The position numbers and the translations under genes were made by a program. Below, piece by piece: positions 6,612 through 15,801 of a stretch of 56,110 nt of DNA (within the stretch, counting starts at the first letter, position 1; every line of letters begins with the position of its first letter). This stretch comes from a virus. Taxonomy: Duplodnaviria; Caudoviricetes. Below the pieces are notes generated by a model. That model was not told where the DNA came from. It searched no databases and saw only the letters and a list, made by a program, of their open reading frames with translations. Location of the stretch: IMG/VR virus record IMGVR_UViG_3300047550_002572, positions 1 to 56,110 of that record; one strand, written 5' to 3'.

Positions 6612-9092
6612 ATGGACTACCCCGCTAATTGCCAGGTCTGTGAGCTCTACAAGACCTGCAAGACGTACAAGCAGCCGCGCCACGCGACCCAGCGCAAGGT
6701 AGACATCCTGCTTGTGGGGGCGACGCCCGCCGACAGCCAGTTCGGCATCATGTCCGATGGCGCAGGGGATTACTTGAAGACGTGGATGCAGTGGTGGGAT
6801 GGGCCGTGGGCATACACCACGGTGGTGAAGTGCGCCCCGCCCGACCGGCGGGAGCCCAAGCAGCACGAGGTGGAAGCCTGCCGCCGATACCTGCAAGAGG
6901 ACATCGAGCAGGCCGACCCAACGGTCATCGTCGCACTAGGCGGGGCTGCGTTGAAAGCGTTGTGGCCGGACGGGCCGACGAGCATCGTCAAGGCAAAAGG
7001 TGCCCCCATCCAGCTCGGCAATCGGTGGCTCATCGTCACCTACAGCCCCACGATGCATCTCAGTGGTCGGCAAGACCTGACTCCCGAGTACACCCGCGTG
7101 TTCGAGCTTGCCACTCAGATATGCGAAGGGCGGTATCTCACCGAGCGGCCAGACATCCGAGAGGTGCGAACGCAGGACGATTACCAGGCGATGCTCACGC
7201 AGGTGCAGGCTTCGCACGAGGTTGCCCTCGACGTGGAGAACCCCACGACCAGCTTTCACGACGACCCCACCCGATACACGTTCTGGATGACTGACCCCGC
7301 CGTGATCTGTCTCGGCGTGGGCACTGAACCGAAGAAGCCTGTGTGGGTGATGCGCCGACAGTGGATCACGGCAGACCTGCTGCGGTTGATTGCGAAGAAA
7401 CACATCGTGGGCGCAAACGTCAAGCACGACCTGACCGCACTGGCGTGGGACGTGTGGCCGGGGTTCCTCGACGCCATCACCAGCATCGACGACACCATGC
7501 TGTGGCATGGCAGCCGCAATCAAGACGAGTGGGGCAACGGCCTGAAGGAGATGGCCGAGCGGTATCTTGGCGCCGCGAGCTGGGTCTGGCCGGTGCGACG
7601 AGCCCTCGACGCCGAGCGTGCTCGAGTGGTGGCCGCTCGGGGCGAGCAACGCAAACGTCAGCGCACGGCAGAGAAGCTGGGCCACCCGTTCAACGAGGAG
7701 CCCATCTCGTGGCCCACGTTTACCGACGTGGATTGGCCGACCCTCGTTGAGTACAACGGCAAGGACGTGTGGTACACGATGCGGCTGATTGCATACCTTC
7801 GCGAGAAGCTTGAACCCGCTGCGGTGTATCGGTCGCTTCTTGTCCCAGGCACACTGACGCTGGCTCGAATGGAGCTGGCGGGCGTGGGAGCCGACCCGTT
7901 GTGGCGTTCTGGTCTCGAAGTTGCGTTCACCGAGAAGGTGGAATATCTGCGACGGCGCTTGCACGAATTTCCCGAAGTGAAGCGCGTGTGCGTGAAGCAG
8001 GGCCTGACGTGCGAGCCTGACGCACCGAAGACCTGGTTTAACCCGAAAAGCCCACCCCACAAGGAGGCCCTGCTCGACGAGTGCAACGTCGAGGTGACCG
8101 AGACGACAGCGACGGGCCGTCCTAAGACCGACAAGCGGGTGGTAGCCGAACTGATCACGCAGGGATACACGGTTTGGAAGTACGTCCAGGCCCTGACGCA
8201 GACGCGAGACAGGCTGTCCAAGTTTGTGATCCCGTTGGCGCATCACATCGCACGGGACAATCGGATTCATCCCAACTTCAAAGCCATCAAGGTGCAGACC
8301 AGTTCTGACGTGGGGGCTGACTACAGCGGGGGCGCAGAGACGGGGCGCATGGCTGTGAGCGATCCTGCCATGCACAACAACGTCAAAGACGCCATCTTCC
8401 GAAGGATGTTTGTCGCCGCGCCAGGGTGCGTGCTGCTGGAGATGGACCACAGCGCAATCGAGGTGCGAGTTGTGGCCTGGTTGTCCGATTGCCGATCACT
8501 GGCGGCAATGTTCAGCACGGGCCGAGACGTGTACGTTCAAATGGCCGAGAAGATGTTCAAGAAGAAAGGGCTGACGAAAAAGAGCCCTGAGCGGGACTTG
8601 GCAAAGACGGGGACGCTGGCAAAGATTTATAGGCAGGGCGCGGCAGGGCTGGCGTCTCGAGCGGGGATCATGCTTCACGAGGCGGTGGATTTCCAGGCTC
8701 AGTTCGACCGAGACTTTCCCGAGCTCGAACAGTGGCAGCAGCATCTCATCAGCCTCGCTCGAAAGGGAGAGATGTACACGACGGTGTGGGGTCGGCAATG
8801 GACGTTCAGCCCCGACGCCAGAGACAACGAGATCGTGAATCGCCCCGTGCAGTCGAGCGCCACCGACTTGTGTTTCTGGCAGGCAATCAATGCGCCGCAC
8901 AAACCGCGGCTGCTGCTGTTCACGCACGACTCGCATCTCATTGAGGTGCGGGCCGAGGAAGCAAACGAGATGGCGAGGACACACAAAACCTGGATGGAAA
9001 ACCGAGACGTGTTACCAGTGCAGGTCACCGTGCCGCTGGTCGTCGAGGTGAAACAAGGCTTGAATCTGGGCCGCATGGAGGTGCGAGAGTGA
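6612..9092 (+). CDS. polA: Family A DNA polymerase with N-terminal UDG-like domain and 3'-5' exonuclease (SPO1-type architecture)
   Basis: UDG-4-like CxxC...VVKC...EAC; Exo I DVE, Exo II NVKHD, Exo III YNGKD; ETGR, motif A DHSAIEVR, motif B R...K...Y, motif C HDS. Confidence 0.92.
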   Translation: MDYPANCQVCELYKTCKTYKQPRHATQRKVDILLVGATPADSQFGIMSDGAGDYLKTWMQWWDGPWAYTTVVKCAPPDRREPKQHEVEACRRYLQEDIEQADPTVIVALGGAALKALWPDGPTSIVKAKGAPIQLGNRWLIVTYSPTMHLSGRQDLTPEYTRVFELATQICEGRYLTERPDIREVRTQDDYQAMLTQVQASHEVALDVENPTTSFHDDPTRYTFWMTDPAVICLGVGTEPKKPVWVMRRQWITADLLRLIAKKHIVGANVKHDLTALAWDVWPGFLDAITSIDDTMLWHGSRNQDEWGNGLKEMAERYLGAASWVWPVRRALDAERARVVAARGEQRKRQRTAEKLGHPFNEEPISWPTFTDVDWPTLVEYNGKDVWYTMRLIAYLREKLEPAAVYRSLLVPGTLTLARMELAGVGADPLWRSGLEVAFTEKVEYLRRRLHEFPEVKRVCVKQGLTCEPDAPKTWFNPKSPPHKEALLDECNVEVTETTATGRPKTDKRVVAELITQGYTVWKYVQALTQTRDRLSKFVIPLAHHIARDNRIHPNFKAIKVQTSSDVGADYSGGAETGRMAVSDPAMHNNVKDAIFRRMFVAAPGCVLLEMDHSAIEVRVVAWLSDCRSLAAMFSTGRDVYVQMAEKMFKKKGLTKKSPERDLAKTGTLAKIYRQGAAGLASRAGIMLHEAVDFQAQFDRDFPELEQWQQHLISLARKGEMYTTVWGRQWTFSPDARDNEIVNRPVQSSATDLCFWQAINAPHKPRLLLFTHDSHLIEVRAEEANEMARTHKTWMENRDVLPVQVTVPLVVEVKQGLNLGRMEVRE

Positions 9093-9415
9093 GTTACGTC
9101 AGGGAGAAACCTATCATACGTCGGTCGGACCGACATGAGTTTCGGTTCTACCCCACGACCGGCGTCATACGAATTGTCCCGTTGACCGTGCAGTACGGCG
9201 AGATCGTACCGGCCGCTCGAGGCGGGGTGACGCTGAAGCGAAAGGACCTGCAGCGCGGGGGTGTGGACGCACTGGAAGTGCTGGTCGCATTGTTGAACGA
9301 GTGGAGACCCAAGCGCGGGCAGCTCGGCACCGCAACTGATCAACAGGTGGAGGCGATGAGAAAAGATGCCGCAGCCCGACGACACATCATGCAGCAGGTC
9401 ATCGACCCGTCCTAG
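9089..9415 (+). CDS. Hypothetical protein
   Basis: GTGA overlap with pol; SD GGAGG. Confidence 0.7.
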   Translation: MSYVREKPIIRRSDRHEFRFYPTTGVIRIVPLTVQYGEIVPAARGGVTLKRKDLQRGGVDALEVLVALLNEWRPKRGQLGTATDQQVEAMRKDAAARRHIMQQVIDPS

Positions 9416-9608
9416 CATCGTCGCCCAGACGGTGGTGGACATCCTGCGGGTGAACCTGCCGCGGCTGTCTCGTCGCAGCGGGGTAGATCCCCCTAAGCTG
9501 AGTCGCAAGCAGCGAGACGCATTGTCGATGCTGTTCATTTCGGCGTATGCCGAAGCGGTCGCAGCCGATGAGCGAAGAAAGATGCTAGAGGGTATTGACA
9601 CCCTATGA
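9366..9608 (+). CDS. Hypothetical protein
   Basis: Fills the gap before the next promoter; helical C-terminus; start uncertain. Confidence 0.5.
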   Translation: MPQPDDTSCSRSSTRPSIVAQTVVDILRVNLPRLSRRSGVDPPKLSRKQRDALSMLFISAYAEAVAADERRKMLEGIDTL

Positions 9609-9623
9609 ATGTTCAAGTAGGAT
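9595..9623 (+). promoter_or_regulatory. Sigma70 promoter for the recombination operon
   Basis: TTGACA 9595-9600, 17 nt, TAGGAT 9618-9623. Confidence 0.75.
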
Positions 9624-9646
9624 ACCTTTTAGAGAGGTGAATTCAA

Positions 9647-10045
9647 ATGAGTGACGAGTTCTACAACAACCTGAGCATCGCACCTGAACAGGAGACCGAC
9701 GCGGCACGGACGGTCGCTTCGGAGTACATGGCCGAGGCTGACAAGAAGATTCGCGTCGACGCGAAACTGGTAGTCGTGCAACGTCGGCTGGACAACCGAA
9801 AGAACGATCTTTTCCTGCGATTCAAAGAGGAAAAGGAAGCGGGAAACAAAGCCCTCACTGAGGCCGCCATTCAGGCGGCAATCAGCGTGGACCAGATCGT
9901 GTCTTCGCTGCAGGAGCAGGTGGACACGCTGAAGCTGGCGTCGGTGCGCCAGTACCACCGGTTGGAGGCCGTGCGGATCAAAGCCGACAGCCTTCGTATG
10001 TTGATGTCTTCACTGACCGCCGAGCGTCGCTACGCCGGTCAGTAA
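9647..10045 (+). CDS. UvsY-like recombination mediator
   Basis: 132 aa all-helical with LTEAAIQAAISVD; lies upstream of SSB and RecA. Confidence 0.55.
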   Translation: MSDEFYNNLSIAPEQETDAARTVASEYMAEADKKIRVDAKLVVVQRRLDNRKNDLFLRFKEEKEAGNKALTEAAIQAAISVDQIVSSLQEQVDTLKLASVRQYHRLEAVRIKADSLRMLMSSLTAERRYAGQ

Positions 10046-10069
10046 CACGAGAAAGCGAGAGTAAACGCA

Positions 10070-10912
10070 ATGCCTGGTTTCAATCTGAAAGGTCTGTCGG
10101 CTAGTCTTGACGACCAGCGTATCAGCAACTTCAAGAAGACCTATGGCGGTCTCGGAAGCGGCGACTTTAAGTACAAGCCGATCTACTGGTCGGCTTTGTC
10201 CGACGGCGCGTACAAGGTGCGCCTTGCCCCGAAGCACCCTTCTAAGTGCCCGCAGGGGTTTGTCCGACTCGCCACACACCGAATCGAGCACCGTGTGGGC
10301 GAGAAGTGGGCAGAAATAATCTGCACCTACAAGCCCGGCGTCGAAGGCGCCGAGTGCTATGTGTGCGACATCATGGAGGCCGTGCAGGACGAACTTTCTA
10401 CGTTCAGCAAGGACGTGCAGGCCGCGTTGATGCAGATGAACCCCCGCCAGCTCTTTCTTTTTCCTTCCCTTATCACCGCCAAGCCCGACCCGAAGTTCGT
10501 GCCGACCGATGCCCGCAAATACGCGCCGTGGGTGCCCGACGATCAGGCGCGGCAGGGCGCCATCCTGCAGCTCGAAGGCAAGCGGGTCTTGGCGGCACTC
10601 TTTGACGTGTTGAAGGAGTACCCTGACGCCAACGATGTCGATGAGGGGTACTGGCTTCAGATCACCAAGATGGGCAAGGAGACGCCCATTGTCCGCGCGG
10701 CGCGGGCTGCATCCGAACTGACGCCCAGCGAGGCTGAACTCATGAGCGACAAGGACTACCCCGTCCTCCACCCCATACCCAAGTTCATGTCGAAGTCGCT
10801 CCGAGAGCTCGACTACAACGGGCAGAAGTCGTTCATTGCGGGGTGCTGGTGGGCCAGCGAAGTCATTGCCGACGAGAACGAAGCCGCTGATATGGAAGAC
10901 ATCGACCTGTGA
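10070..10912 (+). CDS. gp32-like single-stranded DNA-binding protein
   Basis: Y.VRL.P, H...C...CYVC Zn motif, acidic C-terminal tail DMEDIDL; context. Confidence 0.7.
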   Translation: MPGFNLKGLSASLDDQRISNFKKTYGGLGSGDFKYKPIYWSALSDGAYKVRLAPKHPSKCPQGFVRLATHRIEHRVGEKWAEIICTYKPGVEGAECYVCDIMEAVQDELSTFSKDVQAALMQMNPRQLFLFPSLITAKPDPKFVPTDARKYAPWVPDDQARQGAILQLEGKRVLAALFDVLKEYPDANDVDEGYWLQITKMGKETPIVRAARAASELTPSEAELMSDKDYPVLHPIPKFMSKSLRELDYNGQKSFIAGCWWASEVIADENEAADMEDIDL

Positions 10913-11892
10913 GCAAGACCCTTCTCGCCAAGCTAGACAAGATCATTGGCGATGATAGCGGCCGGTTTCGGTCCATCACCTGGTGGGCCGACACTGGCTG
11001 CGATCTGCTCAACTGGGCAATCCACCCCGATGGAGCGGGGCTGCCGGGAGGGCGCATCGTCGAGGTGTACGGCAAGAACAGCTCGGGCAAATCGGCGCTC
11101 GCACTGCACGTCTGCCGTTGGGCGCAGAAGCAGGGCGGGTCGGTGTACTACATCGACACCGAGCCTGGGCTGTCGCTGGAGTGGGCAACAAAGATCGGCG
11201 TGGACACCGAGTCCATGTGGGTCGATACCCCCGCAAGTCTTGAGCAGGCGCTAGCCTGCATCGAGGCGATTGTGGACGACCGTCTCACGGCGGTCGAGCC
11301 CACCGTCATCGTCCTCGACAGCCTCGCCGCTGTCGGCACTGACGCGGCGCTGGAGCGCAACACGCTGAAGGACAGCACCCCCATCGGAGATGTTGCCCGT
11401 CTGATGTCAGGGTGGCTTCGGAACAAAGGCGTGCCTCGTAAGATTCGGGATAGCAAGATTTGCTTGCTCATCCTGAACCAGACGCGAGAGAAGGTGGGAG
11501 TGTTGTTCGGTTCTCCTGAGACCACGCCTGGTGGACAGGCCGTGCCGTTCGCGGCTTGGCTACGTCTGCGGGTGGACCGCAAGGAAGACATCAAGCCTAG
11601 CAGCGGTGAGCCTCTCGGCTATTTCTGCGAGGTGAAGATCATCAAGAGCAAAGTCAACAAGCCGCACCAGAAGGTGTCGTTCCCTGTGTACTGGGGGTTT
11701 GGGATCGACAATCCGATGGCGCTTCTGCTTTACCTCCAGAACCAGAAAGTGGTCCCCGCCGAGGGGGCCTACATAACGTGGAACGGCCAGAAGACGACGA
11801 AACGCAAGATGCGCGATCAGATGCTGGCTGACCGTGAGCTTTACGAAGAGGTCCGCGCCGCCGTGCGGGACCACATCAGAAAGGGGTGGTAA
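10909..11892 (+). CDS. recA: RecA/UvsX-like recombinase
   Basis: GLPGGRIVEVYGKNSSGKS, YIDTE, VLDSLAA, NQTREKVGVLFGSPETTPGGQAVPF. Confidence 0.95.
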   Translation: MSKTLLAKLDKIIGDDSGRFRSITWWADTGCDLLNWAIHPDGAGLPGGRIVEVYGKNSSGKSALALHVCRWAQKQGGSVYYIDTEPGLSLEWATKIGVDTESMWVDTPASLEQALACIEAIVDDRLTAVEPTVIVLDSLAAVGTDAALERNTLKDSTPIGDVARLMSGWLRNKGVPRKIRDSKICLLILNQTREKVGVLFGSPETTPGGQAVPFAAWLRLRVDRKEDIKPSSGEPLGYFCEVKIIKSKVNKPHQKVSFPVYWGFGIDNPMALLLYLQNQKVVPAEGAYITWNGQKTTKRKMRDQMLADRELYEEVRAAVRDHIRKGW

Positions 11893-11896
11893 TACC

Positions 11897-12235
11897 GTGA
11901 GACGACCGAAGTGGGGAAAGTGGTGCCGCAGTCGCCGAAAGGCAAATGGAATGACAATGCGAGAGGTAGCGGCAGCGTCGGGAATCGACCCGTCCTATCT
12001 GACGCTCATTGAGAGGGACGGTTACGTCCCCAAGCTTCCGCTGGTCACTGCGTTGGCGAACGTGCTGACAGCAAAGAAGATCGAGCAGGACGAGCTGATG
12101 TTCCTGGCGGGGTACGCTCCGGCGAACATCTCACACGCAGAGATGATGGCCGCGCTAGACTTTATCTACGAGAGCAGGGGCGATGGAAAGCGCAGAACTG
12201 GAAGAGCGGGCACTCGCGTGGTGTCTCAGGACTGA
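11897..12235 (+). CDS. XRE-family HTH regulator
   Basis: R...GMTMREVAAASGIDPSYLTLIERDG..P. Confidence 0.85.
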   Translation: MRRPKWGKWCRSRRKANGMTMREVAAASGIDPSYLTLIERDGYVPKLPLVTALANVLTAKKIEQDELMFLAGYAPANISHAEMMAALDFIYESRGDGKRRTGRAGTRVVSQD

Positions 12236-12662
12236 CGACGGCATGGCCCAGCTCGGGCCGTACCTTCGACCCGAGCACTTCGACGTAGACGCTTACAAGG
12301 CGTTGTACAAATTGGCACAGAGCGCGTGGCGAAAGCGCCGTGCGGTGCTGACCCAGCGAGAGCTCCTCTACCTCTGCGACAAGGCTTCTGCGCGTGTCGG
12401 CCCCGTGGCTGGTAGCACGTTCAAAGCTTACGTTACGAAGGTCTACGCGACCGACGTGACGGCCATCACCTACGACCATGTGGTGGAGAGCCTGACCCGC
12501 ACCGAGTTTGCGTCTCTTGCCGCCGATGCTGTTAGCCAGCCGGTGGACGAGTTTGTGGACGCAGTGCGCGGGAAGGTAGAGCTTCTCCACCCGCTACTGC
12601 AGGGCGCCACCGAGAAGGCTTTCCACAGCCTGGAAGATGCCTACCTCGGTGGACGAGCGTGA
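12183..12662 (+). CDS. DnaB-like helicase N-terminal part
   Basis: ELEERALA...LRPEHF....YKALY resembles the DnaB N-domain; adjacent to the ATPase ORF. Confidence 0.6.
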   Translation: MESAELEERALAWCLRTDDGMAQLGPYLRPEHFDVDAYKALYKLAQSAWRKRRAVLTQRELLYLCDKASARVGPVAGSTFKAYVTKVYATDVTAITYDHVVESLTRTEFASLAADAVSQPVDEFVDAVRGKVELLHPLLQGATEKAFHSLEDAYLGGRA

Positions 12663-13632
12663 GGGGCTTTCCCTCGGGTTCGACCGTATCGACCAGAAGA
12701 TTCGAGGGCGTAAGATGCTGCCAGGTGAGATGGTCGAGATCCTCGCCCTGACGAACGGCGGCAAGACTGCGTTCATGGTGGGGGCGCTCTGCTACAACCT
12801 GCTACGGCAGGGGAAGCGGGTGGCCTACTTCAGCCTTGACGTGGCAAAGGAAGAGATCGAGTCGAGGCTTTACGCTCGGATGACGGGCATGAGCCTGGAC
12901 GAACCGTTCACCAAGAAGGAGCGGGCGATGGCGGTGGCCGAGGCTCGAGCACGGTACGGGCTGAACCCGCAAGCTTGGACGGTCATCGAGGCCCCCGCAA
13001 TGAAGCACACGGTCGCTGGCTTGAAGCAGATCCTTCGGAACGTAGTGCAACGAACAGGGCCGATGGACGCCGTGTTCGTGGACTACGGGCAGCAGGTGAA
13101 GTCTACCAGCAAGTACGACAAGCAGTACGCAGCCGCAGGGGAGGTGTTCAGCGAGCTGCAGGGCTGGGCGAAAGAGGACGACTTTGTGTTGTTCACCGCT
13201 GCCCAGGTCCACCGAAAGGGCTACGACGAGGACATCATCACGTTGAAGAACATTGCAGACGGCTTCAACATGACGTGGCCCGCCCAGCTCATTCTGTCGG
13301 TGAATCAGACTCGAGACGAGCGCCGAGCAGGGGACGTGACCCCCGCTCGAATCGCCCTTCTCAAAAACACGAAGGGAAGGAGCCAGCTCGTGTACCCGTT
13401 CCGAGTTCAGTTTGCGACGATGGAATGGGAAGACGATCTGAGCCAGAACGTGGCTGAGATCGAAGGTGCCCCCAAGAAAGTGGAAGGCGGGGGCAATCGC
13501 CCCCCGAAAAGGGACGAGCAACCCGCCACCCCGATGATCCGACCCAAGCGCCCGATGTTGGGGCGTAGAGAGTATGACGACATGATCGTCGAGCAGGGAG
13601 AGAACAATGGCAGCGATGCGCCCAGTGATTGA
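12637..13632 (+). CDS. DnaB-like replicative helicase, ATPase part
   Basis: LGFDRID, ALTNGGKT Walker A, YFSLD, VFVDY, TAAQVHR, LLKNTKG. Confidence 0.85.
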   Translation: MPTSVDEREGLSLGFDRIDQKIRGRKMLPGEMVEILALTNGGKTAFMVGALCYNLLRQGKRVAYFSLDVAKEEIESRLYARMTGMSLDEPFTKKERAMAVAEARARYGLNPQAWTVIEAPAMKHTVAGLKQILRNVVQRTGPMDAVFVDYGQQVKSTSKYDKQYAAAGEVFSELQGWAKEDDFVLFTAAQVHRKGYDEDIITLKNIADGFNMTWPAQLILSVNQTRDERRAGDVTPARIALLKNTKGRSQLVYPFRVQFATMEWEDDLSQNVAEIEGAPKKVEGGGNRPPKRDEQPATPMIRPKRPMLGRREYDDMIVEQGENNGSDAPSD

Positions 13633-13822
13633 GATGGACGTGGACACGTTCGCATTGAACGCAGACTACAACTCTGACATGTACCGGTACATCCAAACGA
13701 TTCCCAAGAAGCACAAGTACTATGACGTGGATAAGCGCCGATGGGAGTTTGACAACGAGTTCGTCGATGAGGTGGTTGAGAAAATCGCACAGTTCTACGG
13801 GCAAGCGCCCGAGATTCTGTAG
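13607..13822 (+). CDS. Hypothetical protein (HARP-like I.TIP...Y.....RW pattern)
   Basis: SD GGGAG; YIQTIPKKHKYYDVDKRRWEF. Confidence 0.65.
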   Translation: MAAMRPVIEMDVDTFALNADYNSDMYRYIQTIPKKHKYYDVDKRRWEFDNEFVDEVVEKIAQFYGQAPEIL

Positions 13823-13831
13823 GAGGTTCCC

Positions 13832-13987
13832 GTGCCAGAAGAGCTGATTGAGCATCTGAACAAAGCCGCCGCCATTCTCACCGAGCTGATCGAACGAGAG
13901 ATACTGTGGTCTGGCGACGGTGATGTGCGTGAGTGGGCTATCGCCCACGAGAGAATAACAGGGAAGAAGGTGTTGCCCGATGAGTGA
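13832..13987 (+). CDS. 51-aa hypothetical protein, not in the ORF track
   Basis: SD AGGAGG then GTG; MPEELIEHLNKAAAILTELIERE... Confidence 0.6.
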   Translation: MPEELIEHLNKAAAILTELIEREILWSGDGDVREWAIAHERITGKKVLPDE

Positions 13988-14384
13988 GTTCTTCATCCAG
14001 AGTGATCTGGCGCGGGAAGAGAAAGAGATGGAGAAGGCCATCGCCGAGATGGGCGAGGCCACCATCAAGCGCGTTTACGAAGACGACGGCGACGACAAGC
14101 CGCTGGAAGGCGGTGTGGGCGAGCTCGAACGGTTGCTGCGCGTTGTCGCAAAGGACCCGAAAGGGTTCACCTACGGCAAGTACAGCGTTCTTAACCCGCA
14201 CGGCCACAAGGAGACCATCACCGACTTCGGTCGCGGTCGGATGACGTGCATGGGGTGCGGCTTCGAGACAGGCGTGATCTTCCTCCAGACGCACAGGTCC
14301 TGGGTCTACGAGTGCAACTGGCGATGCAAGAAGCTCTACTGGATTCCTCGAGACGTGGGTCTGCCCACGCTGGAACGCCAGTGA
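13980..14384 (+). CDS. Hypothetical protein with Zn-ribbon-like Cys pairs
   Basis: CMGC ... CNWRC. Confidence 0.65.
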   Translation: MSEFFIQSDLAREEKEMEKAIAEMGEATIKRVYEDDGDDKPLEGGVGELERLLRVVAKDPKGFTYGKYSVLNPHGHKETITDFGRGRMTCMGCGFETGVIFLQTHRSWVYECNWRCKKLYWIPRDVGLPTLERQ

Positions 14385-15040
14385 AGCCCGCACGTGTCGT
14401 AGTCATCGACTGTCCTTGGGAGTACCGTTCTCGGCATGACACCCGCAAGAAGTCGAAGTTCGGGTACGGGGTTGCCGCACGATATTCTAAGGGGGTGATG
14501 AATGAGCAGGCGCTTGTCGAACTGGGACCGTTGATCCGAGCAGTCTGCACGCCAGACGCCTACGTCTTCTCGTGGGCGACTCGGCCCAATCTCGACGTGG
14601 CGATTCGAGTGCTCGACGGCTGGGGGCTGAAGTTCATCACCATGCCGATGACGTGGGTGAAGCTGTACCGTGACGGGTCGCTGTTCAAAGGGCCTGGCCG
14701 GTACACGTTTTCGAACGCCGAGGATCTGCTGCTGGGGCGGTACCCCAAGTCAAAGTGCTGGCACCCCAACACCGGCTGGCGACCTGAGAGCGTGGTTCAG
14801 ACCGTACACCCGCAATGTGAGAACAAGAAGATTATTCACAGCCGCAAGCCCGAAGAGGTTCAGGACGCGCTCGACCGATGGCTTCGCCCCTACGCAGGGG
14901 ACAGCACGTTCCTGGAGATTTTCGCGACACGCCCTCGAGATGGGTGGACGTGCTTCGGATACGACGTGACAAAGCGAGACATCCGAGAAGACCTCAAAGA
15001 CATGGCCGCGCAGATTGAACTGGAGGCATTGGCAGAATGA
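14381..15040 (+). CDS. MT-A70 family N6-adenine methyltransferase
   Basis: VVIDCPW (DPPW variant), W.K, NAEDLLLG, HSRKPE, LEIFA.R...GW. Confidence 0.88.
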   Translation: MKPARVVVIDCPWEYRSRHDTRKKSKFGYGVAARYSKGVMNEQALVELGPLIRAVCTPDAYVFSWATRPNLDVAIRVLDGWGLKFITMPMTWVKLYRDGSLFKGPGRYTFSNAEDLLLGRYPKSKCWHPNTGWRPESVVQTVHPQCENKKIIHSRKPEEVQDALDRWLRPYAGDSTFLEIFATRPRDGWTCFGYDVTKRDIREDLKDMAAQIELEALAE

Positions 15041-15801
15041 AAGGCATCCATCGAGCAGGCGGGTCGGAGATGCAGACGACCTGCCCACAGTGCGGGAAAG
15101 AGAAGCTGTACGTCAGCCTTCGGAAGCGGCTGGGCTACTGCTTCTACTGCGGGAAGGGGTTCAGCCAGGACGAAGTGCGCCGACTCGGCATGGACGACGA
15201 AGTGCAGGCGTTCACAGCGGTCATCAACCGAGACAACCAGCACATCAACTTGGTATCGCCTGAAACCGACGCCGACGCTCGAGCCTACCTCGCTAAACGA
15301 AAGGTCCGCGCCAAAGACTGCTCGTCGTTCATTATGTACTCGCCTGAGCTGCGGCGGCTGTTTTTCCGCATCTGGTCGCCCAACAGCGCGGCTTACGCGC
15401 CTGCGTACCATACCCGAAGCATAGACCCAGGCAAGGGGTGGATGTGCAGCCCAGGCGTGCAGAAAGCCCACTACTGGTTCGGGCATCGAGGGGGAGAAGT
15501 GATCACCGTGGTTGAGGGGATCTTCGACGCCATCTCCCTGCACCATCGAGGCGTGGTCGCCGTCGCCCTGCTGGGCACCCAGATGTCCGAAACTCAGCTT
15601 GCAGGGCTGCTGGAGTGGAACCCTCTGCAGCAGGTGGTAGTGTGGATGGACGACGACGAAGCAGGACGTAAAGCTTCAGACCGTATCTGCGCCCAGCTCG
15701 AACCCGTCGTTCGTTCGGTGGTGCAGGTGACCGAGCATCCTGAGCCTTCAGAGAGTTCCGACGTTCCGGAGGAATGTTATGCGATTCATTGCCACCGGTG
15801 A
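15037..15801 (+). CDS. DNA primase (Zn finger plus TOPRIM)
   Basis: CPQC...CFYC; VVEGIFDAI, ALLG, WMDDDEAG. Confidence 0.88.
   Translation: MKGIHRAGGSEMQTTCPQCGKEKLYVSLRKRLGYCFYCGKGFSQDEVRRLGMDDEVQAFTAVINRDNQHINLVSPETDADARAYLAKRKVRAKDCSSFIMYSPELRRLFFRIWSPNSAAYAPAYHTRSIDPGKGWMCSPGVQKAHYWFGHRGGEVITVVEGIFDAISLHHRGVVAVALLGTQMSETQLAGLLEWNPLQQVVVWMDDDEAGRKASDRICAQLEPVVRSVVQVTEHPEPSESSDVPEECYAIHCHR

Noticed and set aside
6936-8450. Long antisense ORFs (also 15503..16615, 26044..27129, 49471..50358 and others)
   Set aside because: Shadows of high-GC codon bias opposite well-supported genes; no motifs or SD
6612-9092. Z-genome or uracil-DNA system
   Set aside because: No purZ, datZ, deaminase or other nucleotide-synthesis genes recognised
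11897-12235. Lysogeny repressor / prophage module
   Set aside because: XRE protein is embedded in the replication operon; no integrase, partition genes or divergent cI/cro pair seen
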